Shown: positions 9,320 to 19,224 of the stretch, in pieces | Layout of the letters: each line of letters opens with the position of its first letter | How positions within the stretch are numbered: position 1 is the first letter of the stretch | Virus record (IMG/VR): IMGVR_UViG_3300027971_000031 | Coordinates: 43,127 to 107,126 of that record | From: a virus | Reading direction: 5' to 3' (one strand) | Length of the DNA: 64,000 nt | Made by a program: the position numbers and the translations under genes | The notes under the pieces: generated by a model | What the model was told of the DNA's origin: nothing | The model's input: only the letters and a program-made list of their open reading frames with translations | Database searches by the model: none

Positions 9320-9614
9320 TAACACTATCATTAAATGATGTTGTATCTATTTTTTTAGGTTGAATTAATTTAGTTTCTTTTTTTGGTATTAAAACATTAA
9401 TTGGTTTTGGACGTTCAATAAAAAGAGTATCGTGTATAATTTCTTTTTCAAAGGTTATTGGCGTTTCAATAACTTCAATTTTCTCTTTCTTAATTGGGTT
9501 ATTATTATAAATTGTTTTATAAATGTTAATTGAAACTGATGTAATTAACGCACATACTATTAATATAATTAACAGCCCAAAATAAAACGTATATTTGAAA
9601 GAATTGTTTTTCAT
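9312..9614 (-). CDS. Hypothetical membrane-anchored protein
   Basis: N-terminal hydrophobic segment FYFGLLIILIVCALITSVSINIY. Confidence 0.65.
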   Translation of the reverse strand: MKNNSFKYTFYFGLLIILIVCALITSVSINIYKTIYNNNPIKKEKIEVIETPITFEKEIIHDTLFIERPKPINVLIPKKETKLIQPKKIDTTSFNDSVIK

Positions 9615-10015
9615 TAGATGCTATGTAATATATTTTGAAGTGAATGTTTAATGTTTGACGTAATTTCTTTTTCAAAAATTTCTCTACGTTTTTCTACCTC
9701 ATTATCAAACATAGATACAAGATTTTCCCAACAATTTTTTTCTAAAAAAACCGTATAAGAATATACGTGGTTAATTACCTTAACGTTGTTACCCTCTAAA
9801 ATAACAAATATTTGATGTTCTTCATTTCTAATGTAACGTTTATTAGAAATTGGGGTTAATAATAAAATGGTTTCTTCTTTATCGATAAGTTTTTTACAAA
9901 TAGAAATACAATCTCTCTCATATTCCGATTTTTGCATAGGTGGAGTTGATAATCTAACTAAAGAAATGTACCATTTTTGAATTGCGCGTTTTAAGTTGTG
10001 TGGTGAAAGATTCAT
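9614..10015 (-). CDS. Hypothetical protein
   Basis: 133 aa ORF, translationally coupled to the next gene. Confidence 0.65.
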   Translation of the reverse strand: MNLSPHNLKRAIQKWYISLVRLSTPPMQKSEYERDCISICKKLIDKEETILLLTPISNKRYIRNEEHQIFVILEGNNVKVINHVYSYTVFLEKNCWENLVSMFDNEVEKRREIFEKEITSNIKHSLQNILHSI

Positions 10016-10036
10016 ATGTGTATTTTTATTTGACTA

Positions 10037-10044
10037 CAAAAGTA
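10037..10044 (-). promoter_or_regulatory. Bacteroidota-type -7 promoter element TACTTTTG
   Basis: Exact TAnnTTTG on the minus strand 21 nt upstream of the ATG at 10015, with TTG about 23 nt further upstream. Confidence 0.5.
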
Positions 10045-10084
10045 AACAAAAACTTTAAATAAAAAAACAACTGATATAAAAAAA

Positions 10085-10546
10085 TTAACAATAAGCTCCA
10101 GAGCACTGTCTTTTACCGTCCAATCCTTTGATTTTACCCTTACATACTTGAACGGCATATCCGTTAGCGTATGCTGATGGATAAACAGTATATTTTGATT
10201 TGGCGGCAGATTTACCTCTTGCACAAAGTGGAGTTCCTGTTTTTTTTCTACCTTCATTCATTTCTTCAAAATCAACATATTGTGATTCTTTTTCCATTTC
10301 ATTTTTTAAGAAATCAAAAACTTGGTCAATATTTGTTTTGGCTTCGGATATATGGTCATCTGCCCAATCATGTCCATTTTGAAGTATTTGGTCAACTGTT
10401 GATGGGTCCATCTCCATAATCATTTCAAGTTGTCTTTTCATCTGTTTTAAATTTGAAAAGAACATATAATTCGTTTCGTCTTGTTCTGAAAGAACTTTTT
10501 TAACAATTCTGTTTAAGTCTGATTCGGTTAATTTTACTGTTTTCAT
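10085..10546 (-). CDS. Putative head-internal protein with KLTES...VLSE tag and YPSAYANG domain
   Basis: N-terminus MKTVKLTESDLNRIVKKVLSEQ; C-terminal CARGKSAAKSKYTVYPSAYANGYAVQVCKG. Confidence 0.65.
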   Translation of the reverse strand: MKTVKLTESDLNRIVKKVLSEQDETNYMFFSNLKQMKRQLEMIMEMDPSTVDQILQNGHDWADDHISEAKTNIDQVFDFLKNEMEKESQYVDFEEMNEGRKKTGTPLCARGKSAAKSKYTVYPSAYANGYAVQVCKGKIKGLDGKRQCSGAYC

Positions 10547-10547
10547 A

Positions 10548-12071
10548 TTATTGTCTGAATGATGTATTATTTGTTTTGTAATTTACTATGTTAAAAGTTA
10601 ATTGTCTCTTATAAGTATCTTTCTCTCCTGAAGTGTTCACTTGAATATCAACATAATATTGATTAGGTATTTTATCCCTCATATCAAACATGAAATAATA
10701 TTCATTTGGAGTTCTGTTAACTGGCGTCCAATCTTGAACTAATACTTCAGTTGTTCCTTCTCTAACGTATACTCTATAAAATGCTGAGATATCTTCTAAT
10801 GGTGCTTGACCCGTATAAGCCTTTTTAATTGTAACCCCAACCTTTCTAATATCGGTATTAAGGATTTGTTCGTTTTGTAAAATACCGTAGAACTCAAATC
10901 CAAATTTACTTGGTTCTTTGGATGTTGAACCGATTTGAATACCTGCTGTATATTGTTGTAATATAAATTGATTTGTTACGTTTGGTAATGCTTGACCATT
11001 AATTGTTAAACCTGACCATATATCATAAAACATACAAGGAGTTGCCCCTGTAAATCCATTAGGTACAATTACTTCATAAACTCCTCTTGTTCTTAAACAA
11101 GTTGATAATGTTGCCATACCAGGAACGGCATCACCATTTCTGTCTTCAATTCTAACTACAGGGTCAGAATCTAAATTGGCAAAATCACCATTTTGATAAA
11201 TGTATAAATACAATTTATTTGTTTGGTTTTTTAAGAATAGGTTACGGTTGTCTTTAATTAAGTCGTCGTATGTTGTTTGAAGGAATGGTTGGTAAAATGT
11301 TTGAGTATGTCTTGAAAAGAACGCCACACTATAACTGTCAGTTAAACCTGTAATATTTTCAATTTGTGGTAAGTATGCAACTCCCCAACCAGTAACACCA
11401 GTTATTGTACCATTTAATATACCATTAATTTCATTTGACATATCCATCAATAAATCTTCATTACCAAGTTCAAAGTGTTGTCTTGCAACAATTGTTAAAC
11501 CTGAGAAATTTACGGTACCTTCATTCTTGTTGTTATAAACCCCTGGTTGAGACCAATTGTTAATAGTGGATGTCTGATACCAATTTGATGGTCGAGTCGA
11601 ATAGGCACGACTATCTACATACGTAAGAGGTGTTGAACCACCATACGGGCTATTTTGATTTTCATTAAAATCTGTGTAATCATAACCAACACCTTCATCC
11701 CAAGTTTGAGGGATTCCTGTTGTTCCTGAAGTTTGAGGAATTCTAAATAAGATTAAATCAAATGATGTCGCTCGTCTTCTCTCGTTTGACATGAATGTAT
11801 TTAACAATTCATTATCAAATGATGAGGTGTTTGTCATTTGTAAGACGTGAGTCATACCTGTGGTACATCCTGTAGAAATTACACCTGATGCAATGTCTTC
11901 TCTTAATAAATCTAAATCTAAATCAAATAGGAAACGAGTGTAACCATAATTTGGGATGATATAATCTGACGCACCAAAATTTAATTCAACAATAGGGTTT
12001 CTACCCGTATTGACATATGAATTTGAAATGATGGTATTGTTCTTATCTATGTACGACCTTAAAATTGACAT
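10548..12071 (-). CDS. Putative virion structural (baseplate-associated) protein
   Basis: 507 aa, beta-rich and Thr/Gly/Tyr-rich; preceded by TATTTAT (12085-12091, minus); downstream of the gp5-like gene. Confidence 0.6.
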   Translation of the reverse strand: MSILRSYIDKNNTIISNSYVNTGRNPIVELNFGASDYIIPNYGYTRFLFDLDLDLLREDIASGVISTGCTTGMTHVLQMTNTSSFDNELLNTFMSNERRRATSFDLILFRIPQTSGTTGIPQTWDEGVGYDYTDFNENQNSPYGGSTPLTYVDSRAYSTRPSNWYQTSTINNWSQPGVYNNKNEGTVNFSGLTIVARQHFELGNEDLLMDMSNEINGILNGTITGVTGWGVAYLPQIENITGLTDSYSVAFFSRHTQTFYQPFLQTTYDDLIKDNRNLFLKNQTNKLYLYIYQNGDFANLDSDPVVRIEDRNGDAVPGMATLSTCLRTRGVYEVIVPNGFTGATPCMFYDIWSGLTINGQALPNVTNQFILQQYTAGIQIGSTSKEPSKFGFEFYGILQNEQILNTDIRKVGVTIKKAYTGQAPLEDISAFYRVYVREGTTEVLVQDWTPVNRTPNEYYFMFDMRDKIPNQYYVDIQVNTSGEKDTYKRQLTFNIVNYKTNNTSFRQ

Positions 12072-12091
12072 TAATTGTTTTAATATAAATA

Positions 12092-13627
12092 TTAGTTAAG
12101 TCTAATATTTTCATTAAGAATTTTTGTGTAGGCGTTTTGCATTTCAGTTAATATATCCGTAACAGTTGAACCGTCTTGAGTTACAGGAACTGGAGGTAAA
12201 CCAGGGTATGCGTGAGTATGAGTAATTAAGAATCTAACAATCAAGTTAATCAATTCTAAAAGTTCTTCCCCTCTAACTAAACTTGATGTTTTTGGTAATA
12301 TTTCATCAACAAATTGGTCTAATGAAATTCCATATAATGTGTCATCAAAATTGATTTTACCTTTACCAGGAATTGCCGACGTATGAGATAACAAATATAA
12401 AGTATCCGCCCCAACCGCTCCATATGTGGTTTGAATTGATTTGTATGTCTCCTGAGGTACAATAGTTGTTTTAAAGTTAAGTGGTTTTCCAACTTTATCC
12501 TTAGCATAAATTAAACCATAACCACCTCGTTTAAGGGCGGGGTATAATTTAATTTGATTGTATATGTCAGAAACATTTTTAAATGCGTCCGCTTCGGTTG
12601 TTCCTGTTTGAGTGGTTGATGATGGTGTTATAACAGAATAAGTTATATTATTTGGTCTATAAAATATTGCAAATTTATTAAGTTCACTTGTAAATAATGT
12701 TTTACCTGAAACGGTTGTTGTTTTGGTATTACACGTTTTAATAAAATTATTTATAAATGTAATAGTTTCTGTTTTTGTTAATCGTGAAAATTTTTCTTCG
12801 GCAACTAAAGATTTTAAAGATTCTTTAACAATTGTACCAACTGTTAAATTTGTGGAGTTTGTCGATAGGTCGGGTTTTAATTGATAAAGATAAACTGACC
12901 CAGTAAAATTATCTTGGGTGTTTTCAGGATTTGTGATAACCCATTCAATTAAGTATTTAACTTGAACTACGATTTCATTTGTCTCTGTTACAATTTTATT
13001 TGGTAATGGTACTTTTGATTGATTAAATCTTGAGAGTTGTAAAAATCCTCGTTGTTGGTTTGCCACAGGTGGAACATTTGGTACTAATTCAGCACCTTTA
13101 AATTTACCTGCTCTAAGTAATACCGTATCTTGTTTTGTAATAACATCGGCACTTCCCCTACCTAAAATGGCATTATCACCTGGCTCAGGAAATACACCCT
13201 TGTGAACCGCTTTGTCGGTATAAGTACCATCTTGGTTTTTTAAAGGTTTTGGATTTTTTAATTGTGTACCTGTACCTGTAAACTTATTACCACCTTGATA
13301 ATATTCATAACCCGTTGTTGTCGGACTTGAAAATGTATTTTGGACGTAATATTGGTTTTGATATTTAAAATCTTTATTCACATAAAGTACTTGAGCCATT
13401 TCTGTTGGCTTTGGTACTTGATACATGAAATATGGCATAAGGGGACTAAAGACAAAAGGGTCTCTTGTCGTCCAAATATCTTTTTCTTCATTCCAAGGTG
13501 GGTCAGTAATTGACTTGACTATGTCGTTATAGTTATCAATTAAAAGTTTTGCTCGAATCCTACCCAACATCATTGGGTCTTGATTACTTATAACCGATAC
13601 CTGAAAAAATATTGTATTATCATCCAT
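12092..13627 (-). CDS. Baseplate hub/central spike protein, gp5/Vgr-like
   Basis: N-terminal OB-fold motif VISNQDPMMLGRIRAK; PGDNAILGRG; C-terminal LVRGEELLELI...THTH spike-tip motif. Confidence 0.7.
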   Translation of the reverse strand: MDDNTIFFQVSVISNQDPMMLGRIRAKLLIDNYNDIVKSITDPPWNEEKDIWTTRDPFVFSPLMPYFMYQVPKPTEMAQVLYVNKDFKYQNQYYVQNTFSSPTTTGYEYYQGGNKFTGTGTQLKNPKPLKNQDGTYTDKAVHKGVFPEPGDNAILGRGSADVITKQDTVLLRAGKFKGAELVPNVPPVANQQRGFLQLSRFNQSKVPLPNKIVTETNEIVVQVKYLIEWVITNPENTQDNFTGSVYLYQLKPDLSTNSTNLTVGTIVKESLKSLVAEEKFSRLTKTETITFINNFIKTCNTKTTTVSGKTLFTSELNKFAIFYRPNNITYSVITPSSTTQTGTTEADAFKNVSDIYNQIKLYPALKRGGYGLIYAKDKVGKPLNFKTTIVPQETYKSIQTTYGAVGADTLYLLSHTSAIPGKGKINFDDTLYGISLDQFVDEILPKTSSLVRGEELLELINLIVRFLITHTHAYPGLPPVPVTQDGSTVTDILTEMQNAYTKILNENIRLN

Positions 13628-13830
13628 TATTTTCTAGATTGAAACTCTTTAAGAGTATTGTTATATAGTTCTTCAAGTTTATCCAAATACATTGTTAAAT
13701 TAATAATGTTTTCTTTGGTCAACTCAAAATCAGTGGTTAAAATATCCATAGCCTCAATTAATTTTGAATTAGGTTGTTCTTTCAAATTATTTTGTAAATT
13801 TACAATATTTTCAAATTCTTCTTTTTTCAT
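13627..13830 (-). CDS. Hypothetical protein
   Basis: 67 aa helical ORF coupled to its neighbours. Confidence 0.6.
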   Translation of the reverse strand: MKKEEFENIVNLQNNLKEQPNSKLIEAMDILTTDFELTKENIINLTMYLDKLEELYNNTLKEFQSRK

Positions 13831-13831
13831 A

Positions 13832-15934
13832 TTATTTTGGTTTTATCCAATTTTTAACAAGCATTCCGTCAGATGTTACTCCAAATGAGTCAGCAGTTCC
13901 ATTTTCTGCCTGTTCTTTATCCGCCCCTTTGTTTGCCGATAAGTTAAATAATAACATTACATTTGGTGAACCATCAGGTAAAGTACCTGTCGGTATTCCA
14001 AGTTTTTGTAATTGTTCTATTGTATTAATAGTTGACCTTTCAGGTGATGTTCCCGGTAAAAACTCTGTTAATAGTAACAATGCGTTTGGTATTTTTGAAC
14101 CTGGAGGTGCTAAACTATTTAATAAATTTAGTATTTTTAAAATTTCATCAACTAAAGATTTACATTTTCGATAATCATTAACCCCCCTTGCAACTTGTTG
14201 AAGAATTAATGCAATATTAACTAATCTTTGAACTGTTAAATATTTTTTCTCTAATCTTCCTTTTGCAATATCTGTAATAACAGGTTTTAAAAGATTAATT
14301 AAATCTTTTTTTAATATTTGAAAAAGTTGTTCTATAAAAATTGAACCAACTCTTGATGTTACTTGGATGTTAAAAGTTTTGAATGTTTTGGCAAAATCAA
14401 CTTGATTATTAATGATATTATTAACGATACCATTAATTGTGTTTGCGCTTTGAGTATATGTGTTTGCGGATGTAACCGCTTGGTTATAAACATTCGTACC
14501 TTGACTTTCAAGTACTTGTAATAAAACAAAAATTGGAAATAAAACTTTTGGACTTAAAATTGAACCAGCAACTGCCAATGGGATTTGGTTAATAAATTCT
14601 TGATTTAAAATTTGACCATCAAAATTTGTTGGTAAAAAAACTTTCCAATCGGGATTTTCAACTAATGTGTTAGTAATATCAATAATATTTTGAACTTGTT
14701 CTTCGGTTGACAAATCTTCTTTATCTCGAAACCCAATTAATTCATCAATTATTGTTTCATAATCAACGGGTACTTGTACATTATCGCAATCAACAAGTTC
14801 TATAATACCATTTTGGATATTATTTATTCTTATGTCAATATTTCTTAAATCGACTTCTGTTGTTTCAAAAAATGTTTCATCAACACCATCTAACTCTGCA
14901 ATTTTTGAAATCCCACTAACATCTATTTCTTTTCTTGAATCAAAACAAAGACCTAATATTCTTTGAAGAAAGATTAAAAACTTTGTTTGTTCTGTAATCT
15001 CTTCGCTACCCAAGTTTGCTTTAATATCAATTGCACCTGAAACAATATTCATTAGTGTTGCGGTAAAATCGACAGTATCTATTAATTTAATTGTACCGTA
15101 ATAATCTTGTAATAAATCTATTACTTTATTTACGGTACCTCCAGTTACTGTTGATGTCGCATTTACTTTTGATATTAATGCGACTCTATAACATGCTTGG
15201 TCAACCCCAAATTGGTTTGTTGGACTATATTGAAAATCAAATAAATCTTGACCTGAAACACCTTGATAATATTTACCATATTCACCCTTATATGATTTTG
15301 AAAAATTTGAACCGGTTAATCTTTGATTAAATTCTTTATTCATTGGAAATGGTCTTATACCTCCATAAGGTAAGAAATTACCCGTTTGTACGTTAGGTGT
15401 TTGTTTTTCATATATTACTTTACCAACTCTTGAAGTTGTGGATATTTTTAATATACTAGCAATATCCATAGATTGAATGGGTACGTATATTCCTTGTCCC
15501 ACAGGTAAAGTTTCTAAAGGATTAGCATCTAAATCTGTGGAAGTAAAAGCTTGAAATGTTTGTTCTTGTGAACAACCTAATGCCTTTAACGCTTCTTCAC
15601 TAATAATTTTTTTAATATCTGGCTCAATTTTAGTTACAGTTTCTAATAATTTTTTCTTAAGATATCTTGAAGTTTCTGAACCAGAGCCACTTGATAATTT
15701 TAACAATTCAAATAATTGGTTAAATGTCGTTGGTTGATTTCTTAAATATCGTTTTTGTTGGTCAGCAACTTTATTTAATTGTGATGCAACATCTGGTATT
15801 GCTGGTGATTGTGAATTTCCAGCACTACTTTTTAATTTTTTTGCAGATTTAGAAACCTCAGTATAATTTTTAATTGAACTGATTTTACTTTGGGAAGAAT
15901 CGTATCCTTCCGTTAAATCAACAATTGTTCCCAT
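13832..15934 (-). CDS. Large hypothetical protein, probably baseplate-associated
   Basis: 700 aa ORF in the operon with the gp5-like gene, behind a TATTTAT promoter. Confidence 0.6.
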   Translation of the reverse strand: MGTIVDLTEGYDSSQSKISSIKNYTEVSKSAKKLKSSAGNSQSPAIPDVASQLNKVADQQKRYLRNQPTTFNQLFELLKLSSGSGSETSRYLKKKLLETVTKIEPDIKKIISEEALKALGCSQEQTFQAFTSTDLDANPLETLPVGQGIYVPIQSMDIASILKISTTSRVGKVIYEKQTPNVQTGNFLPYGGIRPFPMNKEFNQRLTGSNFSKSYKGEYGKYYQGVSGQDLFDFQYSPTNQFGVDQACYRVALISKVNATSTVTGGTVNKVIDLLQDYYGTIKLIDTVDFTATLMNIVSGAIDIKANLGSEEITEQTKFLIFLQRILGLCFDSRKEIDVSGISKIAELDGVDETFFETTEVDLRNIDIRINNIQNGIIELVDCDNVQVPVDYETIIDELIGFRDKEDLSTEEQVQNIIDITNTLVENPDWKVFLPTNFDGQILNQEFINQIPLAVAGSILSPKVLFPIFVLLQVLESQGTNVYNQAVTSANTYTQSANTINGIVNNIINNQVDFAKTFKTFNIQVTSRVGSIFIEQLFQILKKDLINLLKPVITDIAKGRLEKKYLTVQRLVNIALILQQVARGVNDYRKCKSLVDEILKILNLLNSLAPPGSKIPNALLLLTEFLPGTSPERSTINTIEQLQKLGIPTGTLPDGSPNVMLLFNLSANKGADKEQAENGTADSFGVTSDGMLVKNWIKPK

Positions 15935-15935
15935 A

Positions 15936-16304
15936 TTATTTCATTTTGTACGATTGTTCATCGTTAGAAACATCTTTGTCAATTAGATTTTGAATTAAGT
16001 CATCATCCAAATCCGCAAGCGAAAATGATTCGGTATTGTTATTATTTGATTTTTCCCAAATACCCGATTGTAATTTGGATAAACTAATTTTTTTCTCAAC
16101 ACAATCATTAACAATTTTTTGTTGTTTTTCAATAACGGGTCCAATTGTAGTCATGTCTTCAGGGTCTTTTAACATTGTTAACATTTTATTTTGAATCCTT
16201 ATTGCGGTCTGTCTTTGTTCTACAAGTTCATTATATATTTCTTGCATTAAAGATAATATTGAATCTTTAGTAAAATTAATTTCTTTACGTTGTGGTCTTG
16301 GCAT
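15936..16304 (-). CDS. Hypothetical coiled-coil protein
   Basis: 122 aa; TATTTAT 4 nt upstream (16309-16315, minus). Confidence 0.65.
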   Translation of the reverse strand: MPRPQRKEINFTKDSILSLMQEIYNELVEQRQTAIRIQNKMLTMLKDPEDMTTIGPVIEKQQKIVNDCVEKKISLSKLQSGIWEKSNNNNTESFSLADLDDDLIQNLIDKDVSNDEQSYKMK

Positions 16305-16319
16305 ATCTATAAATACTTT

Positions 16320-17069
16320 TTAATCAGTTTTCATTTTTGAATGAATCAAAATATATAATTTTTTAAATCTTTTGATTGAACTTCTAATTTCTTTTGTACT
16401 AAGATTTGTCATTTCCCTTAAAGATAAAAGGATAACATTTTTATTAAATTTGTTATTATCTGCTCCTGAAAATATTGATTCATAATTTTCAAATAAATCT
16501 ATTAAAGCATAACCTAATTTTCTTTCATTGTCGTTTAAATTTTCATTTTCAATAAAATCTCGTAGTTCACTTAAATATTTTGAAATAATTACGGTAGTAT
16601 CAATCTCTTCCTCATCAATACGATACATCATGTCAGGTCTTTCTTCGATACTTTGAGACATATCCTCATAAGAAACTTTTCGATTAGTTTCCTTTTGGTC
16701 TTTAATGATTTGACCCATTAAATAATTTTTACAGATAGTTCCAAAATATGAATAAGCCTTTTTTTCTTTTGCAGGTTTAAATTTATCAACCTTTGTCATT
16801 AAAAAAGAATGTGTGTCGCAATGAATTTCAACAAAATCCATATCTTTACGATATAATTTATATCGTCGTATGATTGATGAAATCATCTTATCTAAAGGCC
16901 CTCGTAAATATTCGTTATATATTTTGTTTTTTTCTTCAGAAGTTTCAGCTAGTAAAAAACTCCTAACAGCATCTTCCTCTCTAACATCAAAATAATTTAC
17001 ATTTACCGTTTTTCTACCTCTTTTTTTGGATGAAACATCTTCTGTTGTTGCAGATAGAGTTTCTAACAT
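16320..17069 (-). CDS. Phage sigma factor, T4 gp55-like (late transcription)
   Basis: Region-2-like DKFKPAKEKKAYSYFGTICKNYLMGQIIKDQK (compare gp55 FDP.K..NPFAYFTQIC...F...I.KE); C-terminal HTH-like LREMTNLSTKEIRSSIKRFK. Confidence 0.7.
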   Translation of the reverse strand: MLETLSATTEDVSSKKRGRKTVNVNYFDVREEDAVRSFLLAETSEEKNKIYNEYLRGPLDKMISSIIRRYKLYRKDMDFVEIHCDTHSFLMTKVDKFKPAKEKKAYSYFGTICKNYLMGQIIKDQKETNRKVSYEDMSQSIEERPDMMYRIDEEEIDTTVIISKYLSELRDFIENENLNDNERKLGYALIDLFENYESIFSGADNNKFNKNVILLSLREMTNLSTKEIRSSIKRFKKLYILIHSKMKTD

Positions 17070-17875
17070 TATACATTTTCAGATTGATATTTTATGTTTC
17101 TATCTTCAATAAAGAAAAATTCTTTTTTTGCTGTTTGAATCCAAAACTTAACCTCATCTTCAATCATTTTTTCTTCACCAAATTTATAATTCCAAAAAAT
17201 AGAACCTTCTCTTAAATTGGTATGTTTGTAACCAAGTTTTGGTATTGTCATAATAGATACAGAGTTATAAGTTAATCTCAATAAAAACTCATAAATGAAT
17301 GTTAATTTAATTGATGGTTTAAACCCTCCAAAATCTTCAATAACTGATTTTTTAATTACAGAACCTGCAGTTTGAAAGTTTTGATAATCTTGTAATGTTT
17401 CATTTGTTAAAAATCCCATTTCTTGAGTGAAATTTGCAGCAAAGGTTGCTTCATTTGTAAATCCTGCAAATATTCCTTTTTCGTCAGTTTCAACTACAAC
17501 TGGTAAGAATATTTGTGCCTTTGGGTATGCGTCGATATACTTCGCAACATTTTTAAACCAAATAGATGAATATTCATCATCAAATTCAAATAACGATATC
17601 CAAGAACCTTTTGAGTTTTTAACACCATAATTAACTTGTTCACAATAATTAGGGTCTTTATCCCATAATAATTTTGTGACGTTTAAATCTCCAAAATCAT
17701 AACCGTTTAAATATTCAACTAAAGATTCTTCTGAAGTGTGAACGATTAATAATTCTTCAATTCCAACTGTTTGTGAATTGATTGATGCAATTGCTTTTTC
17801 AAAATACTCATCAAAATTTCTTGCTTTTGATGATTTAATTGGTAATATAACTGATATTGGTAATGTAGTATTCAT
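17069..17875 (-). CDS. Glycosyltransferase family 2
   Basis: ISVILPI, AIASINSQT, NYGVKNSKGSWISLFEFDDEY (DXD region), FGGFKP. ATG near 17875 preferred over 17908. Confidence 0.8.
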   Translation of the reverse strand: MNTTLPISVILPIKSSKARNFDEYFEKAIASINSQTVGIEELLIVHTSEESLVEYLNGYDFGDLNVTKLLWDKDPNYCEQVNYGVKNSKGSWISLFEFDDEYSSIWFKNVAKYIDAYPKAQIFLPVVVETDEKGIFAGFTNEATFAANFTQEMGFLTNETLQDYQNFQTAGSVIKKSVIEDFGGFKPSIKLTFIYEFLLRLTYNSVSIMTIPKLGYKHTNLREGSIFWNYKFGEEKMIEDEVKFWIQTAKKEFFFIEDRNIKYQSENV

Positions 17876-17876
17876 A

Positions 17877-18929
17877 TTATTCTTCGGTTTTAGAAATTTG
17901 TTCTTCAAATGAATTTGCCCTTACGTTTAAATAGTCACCAAATAAAGTTGTAACGTTAGTATCAAATTCTTGTTTATTAGTATAGTTTTCAACAGTTTTT
18001 TTCATACTGTCATAAAGTTCAGGTTTGATATTATCTTCTAACCAATTTTGTATAAAATCAGCAATAAAATCACACATTAATGTTGGATTAGTAACCCAAA
18101 CACCATTATTCTCATTCATCCATTCAGGTTGAATGTATGGTACTTTACCAATCACAGGTACTCCTGATGCCATAGATTCCAATGGGAATGTGCCAAATCC
18201 ACTTTGTTCATCCATCCAAACACTAACAAAACATTCTCTTAATGAATTTCCAAATTCTATTTCAGAAAGACCTCTTAAATCTCTAAATGTAAACCATCTA
18301 TATTGAGGAAATTTTAAGTAAAACGTTTTAATAATATTAATTGTGTCTGATTGTTCTTTAGTATGTACACCAATGATAGGCATTGGTGGTAAATTTTTTG
18401 GATAAAAATTTTCAGTAATTAAAGGTTTTAATATATCAAAACTACATTGTCTCATTACAGATTCAATATATTCTTGTTGTTTTTGAGTTGTAGTAATACA
18501 TTTTAAAAATCCGTATTGAGACCAACTCTGACCTGGTTGTAATGTTTCAACAATGTGAGAATAATTTTGAGTCAATACAATTTTACCACAAGGTAAATTT
18601 TTAATTTGTTCCATAATGTACCCAAAAAGTTCTGGAATTACAATAAAATCTTCAGGTGAAATTTCTAAATTTTGACCTTCAATTGATTGATGTCGGATTG
18701 ACATATATTCTTCATCCATCCAAGCAACTACACCTGCGTAGTCATTTTTTTCGTGAAGAATAATAGGATTAAATCCTGAATCTAAAAGAGTTTTAGCCAT
18801 TTGATAGATTAATCTAACAGATGCTTTTGCATTCCCTTTAGTGTCTTGAACTAAGAAATAAATTCTTGATTTTTTATCTCTTAAATTTTTAATTGATTCT
18901 GTTACTTTTTCGTTTAACGATGCGTCCAT
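17877..18929 (-). CDS. GT-B fold glycosyltransferase (GT4-like)
   Basis: DFIVIPE, SGFGTFPLESMASGVPVIG. Confidence 0.75.
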   Translation of the reverse strand: MDASLNEKVTESIKNLRDKKSRIYFLVQDTKGNAKASVRLIYQMAKTLLDSGFNPIILHEKNDYAGVVAWMDEEYMSIRHQSIEGQNLEISPEDFIVIPELFGYIMEQIKNLPCGKIVLTQNYSHIVETLQPGQSWSQYGFLKCITTTQKQQEYIESVMRQCSFDILKPLITENFYPKNLPPMPIIGVHTKEQSDTINIIKTFYLKFPQYRWFTFRDLRGLSEIEFGNSLRECFVSVWMDEQSGFGTFPLESMASGVPVIGKVPYIQPEWMNENNGVWVTNPTLMCDFIADFIQNWLEDNIKPELYDSMKKTVENYTNKQEFDTNVTTLFGDYLNVRANSFEEQISKTEE

Positions 18930-18930
18930 A

Positions 18931-19224
18931 TTAATAGTGATTTATAAGTTTTTTATTTAATAAGCTATTGAACGATAATCTAAATGGTATACTAGTATTG
19001 TTACTTGATTTCATACCTAATTTTTCGTCAATTTCTTCATGTTCTGTTAAAATGGTATCCATTAACATTTTTACCATTTCAAATTTTATTATATTTACTT
19101 TCATGTCTGTTGAACCTGAAAATTCATCATCTTCAATATCTTCAACAGGTTTAATTGACATGTCTAAATATTCTTCGATTTTATCTAAATCAAAATAGTA
19201 ATTTTCTCCTAATACCTTAATCAT
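18931..19224 (-). CDS. Hypothetical protein
   Basis: 97 aa ORF in the operon. Confidence 0.65.
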   Translation of the reverse strand: MIKVLGENYYFDLDKIEEYLDMSIKPVEDIEDDEFSGSTDMKVNIIKFEMVKMLMDTILTEHEEIDEKLGMKSSNNTSIPFRLSFNSLLNKKLINHY

